A stretch of DNA of 64,000 nt, from the NCBI GenBank assembly GCA_963827685.1, contig CAWHBU010000003.1, forward strand, positions 288,001 through 352,000. Reading direction: 5' to 3'. Made by a program: the position numbers and the translations under genes. The notes beneath the pieces were generated by a model that was not told the origin of the DNA, ran no database searches, and saw only the letters and a program-made list of their open reading frames with translations. Shown one piece after another: positions 61,675 through 64,000 of the stretch; within the stretch, counting starts at the first letter, position 1; each line of letters begins with the position of its first letter. The DNA comes from an uncultured delta proteobacterium. Its GTDB lineage: Bacteria; Desulfobacterota; BSN033; UBA1163.

Positions 61675-63054
61675 TCACCTCTTCCTTCCCGGCCAACGCA
61701 ACACAACAACTTCTTCCCTTAGCTGTCCCCTCGTTGCTGTAGCATACCTAGTGCGAAAAAGGTCGATTCGCATTAACTCATACCCAAGTGCTTGTGCCAT
61801 ATCAGCCAATAGCTGTCCCGTGTGAATCATAATCCTCAGATATGACGCCTGGTCTCCAACCACATAAGCCAATTTAGCGCCTGGACGGAGCGCAGAACGA
61901 AGATCAGCCAGGTGACGTGCCATTCCGCCAAAATACAGTCTTGTCACCTTTCCATAAAGTCTCTCAAATCCAGAGTTCTTCCCAAGCTCTGTTCTTCGTT
62001 TCTCTATGGACGCTGCTATCCGCTGAATTTCCGGATGTCCCACTACCCATTTGTCATCCTGATCGTCCTTGTAAACACCACGTGTATTTGATCGTATAAA
62101 GGTTCTCTTCATCTCTCTCAGTTCCAGCTTACTCTTGATAAATCCAAGAACAACAGACTCAAGCCTTGTCGTCCTTGAATAATCCTTTTCATTTGGATAT
62201 GGTGGAGACGTTATCACCGCATCCACTGAATTCGGCTCAATAATCTCACTTACATTCCGGGCATCTCCCAGATAAACTCTGGAACTTGGAAAAGACTTGT
62301 TACTGACGAGTCTCAAATCGTTAGCAATTCTTTCTATTTCGGACAACCAAGAGGCAACGACTGGAACATCGGTTTTAGGTTTTCCTACTCCCACTTCCGG
62401 CCCGAAGTGAAGGTTGCTGATCCTGAATACCAATGCGTTAGCTAATGCAAGTAAGGCATGCCGGTAATATGGTTCACTCTGGTCTTTTCTTAGACAATCA
62501 AGCAGAATGAGAGTCTTATGTAAAGGAAGAGGACTAATCGAGTTACTCAGAAGGAGTTTTGTCGCTTCAGGATCAAGGGTCCGAAGGGTAACTTCTTTCA
62601 GACGACCCTTAAGGAGCCTGCTGTCGTCTATTCCCTGCGCCTTCAACAATCCTAAAGTGGAATCCGCAATATTGCGTGCTTCCTTCTTCAATAAATCTGG
62701 GTCAATCTCCCAATCTACTTTAACGGAGCTGGCAAAATAGGCAAAAAGGTTTGCTTCTATCCCGATGGCCCGTATGCCATGTCGTTTAGCTTCAACAATG
62801 GTAGTCCCTGTACCACAAAAAGGGTCTAAGATAACGTGTCTTCCGTTTAAACCAAAATCTTCTATGTAATTGCTTACCAAGTGTGGGGGAAAAGAGAGAA
62901 CAAATCTGTACCAATCATGGAAAGCTCGATCTCCTGGGGCTAATTTATTGACGGAGCGTCCATTAATTTCGCGCTCTGCGGTCTTTTCGAGGGATTCACC
63001 GCTGAAAGCGGAGATCGGTAAATGCAGTTGCGTTTGAGTTGACTTCATGGGCAC
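61675..63054 (-). CDS. amino (N4-cytosine-type) DNA methyltransferase
   Basis: LDPFCGTGTT (motif I) precedes TSPPY (motif IV). Confidence 0.88.
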   Translation of the reverse strand: MPMKSTQTQLHLPISAFSGESLEKTAEREINGRSVNKLAPGDRAFHDWYRFVLSFPPHLVSNYIEDFGLNGRHVILDPFCGTGTTIVEAKRHGIRAIGIEANLFAYFASSVKVDWEIDPDLLKKEARNIADSTLGLLKAQGIDDSRLLKGRLKEVTLRTLDPEATKLLLSNSISPLPLHKTLILLDCLRKDQSEPYYRHALLALANALVFRISNLHFGPEVGVGKPKTDVPVVASWLSEIERIANDLRLVSNKSFPSSRVYLGDARNVSEIIEPNSVDAVITSPPYPNEKDYSRTTRLESVVLGFIKSKLELREMKRTFIRSNTRGVYKDDQDDKWVVGHPEIQRIAASIEKRRTELGKNSGFERLYGKVTRLYFGGMARHLADLRSALRPGAKLAYVVGDQASYLRIMIHTGQLLADMAQALGYELMRIDLFRTRYATATRGQLREEVVVLRWPGRKR

Positions 63055-63170
63055 CTAACTATTTTTTGTCATTATATGGAATGGCATCCAAAAGGTCAAT
63101 ACTTGTTGACTTTAAGCAGGGGCTTCGGGTATTTTGATAGTAAAGAATCTCTGCAACGGAGGATCATACA

Positions 63171-63917
63171 ATGAATCCATTTTCTGAGGAATCGTGGAAG
63201 CAGTTTCGAGAAATTTTGGGATTACAAGAATCGCCTTTGGGAATCTATTACACAAACGACAAACCCGAAGGGGTCACCCCAAAAGAGGGAATATCCGGAT
63301 GCATGATGGGGCTCCTTCAGAGTGCGAGAAAGAAGGGGAAGATTGTCTATTTTGACAGAGGGCATTTTGGATGTCCGGGAGGAGCTTACTATATGGGATT
63401 TTTTGAATCCCCAAGGCCCAATATCGAATATTTTCTCTCCTGCGGGATTCCGGGTGAGATGGAGGGAGAACGATATATCAAGACACCAGAACGGGCCAGA
63501 GAATATTTCGCCAGGATGATACCGAGACGAGCACCAGCAACCTATTGTGTCTTCAAGCCCGTTGAGCAATTTCAGAGTGGCATAGAGCCAGAGGTGGTTG
63601 TTTTCTTCGCTCCGCCGGATATCCTTTCAGGGCTCTTCACCTTGACGAACTATGCCCTGGAACGCACGGATGCTGTTTACGCACCATTTGGTTCCGGGTG
63701 TGGAACGATTCTCACCTATCCTTTGAAAGAAGCTGGAAAGGAACAGCCCCGTGCCATCCTCGGGATGTTTGATGTTTCTGCAAGGCCTATGATTGAAAAG
63801 GATTTCCTTACCCTTGCCATGCCCTACTCCGTATTATTAAAGCTTTTAGAAAATGTTTCCGGTAGTTTCCTCCAGACGGAGAGCTGGAAGAAGGTTCTTC
63901 ACAGGATTCAAAAATAA
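63171..63917 (+). CDS. DUF169-like conserved protein
   Basis: GCPGG.YY.GF, GERY.K, PF.SGC, G.FD.SAR motifs. Confidence 0.7.
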   Translation: MNPFSEESWKQFREILGLQESPLGIYYTNDKPEGVTPKEGISGCMMGLLQSARKKGKIVYFDRGHFGCPGGAYYMGFFESPRPNIEYFLSCGIPGEMEGERYIKTPERAREYFARMIPRRAPATYCVFKPVEQFQSGIEPEVVVFFAPPDILSGLFTLTNYALERTDAVYAPFGSGCGTILTYPLKEAGKEQPRAILGMFDVSARPMIEKDFLTLAMPYSVLLKLLENVSGSFLQTESWKKVLHRIQK

Positions 63918-64000
63918 GTAAAATCCCAATAGCCAAATTACAAATCCCAAATAAATTCCAATTACCTAATGACCAAATATCTTGAGAGAAACTTCCCCTC

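Overview
Bacterial chromosomal window, probably from an anaerobic deltaproteobacterium (Desulfobacterota-like; inferred from gene content). Core genes are a BirA-controlled bioF(frameshifted)-bioA-bioD operon, tRNA-Lys/Glu/Gly, a class V aminotransferase-serA-purA operon, HU, hisC, two PAS kinases, a glpABC/phosphatase/PiT/ABC cluster, and moaA-moaC-MOSC-mog behind a P3-less Moco (Tuco-type) riboswitch. A type II R-M pair near the right end has an amber stop in its endonuclease. The main accessory feature is an integrase-less ~19.5 kb island (about 5.04-24.55 kb) between tRNA-Glu and a duplicated tRNA-Glu 3' half. It is a mosaic of modules bounded by repeated motifs (REP-like hairpins, a promoter-carrying element, a recurring 14-21 bp motif, decayed mini-ORFs). 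It also holds the best candidate for an undescribed system: an AT-rich block of two tandem ComEC-like metallo-beta-lactamase hydrolases and a 4-TM protein, downstream of a nucleoside-deoxyribosyltransferase-like gene. Four IS copies are present (three IS1182-family, one IS30), plus many nested micro-repeats. All calls come from reading the sequence and the ORF track; no searches were run.
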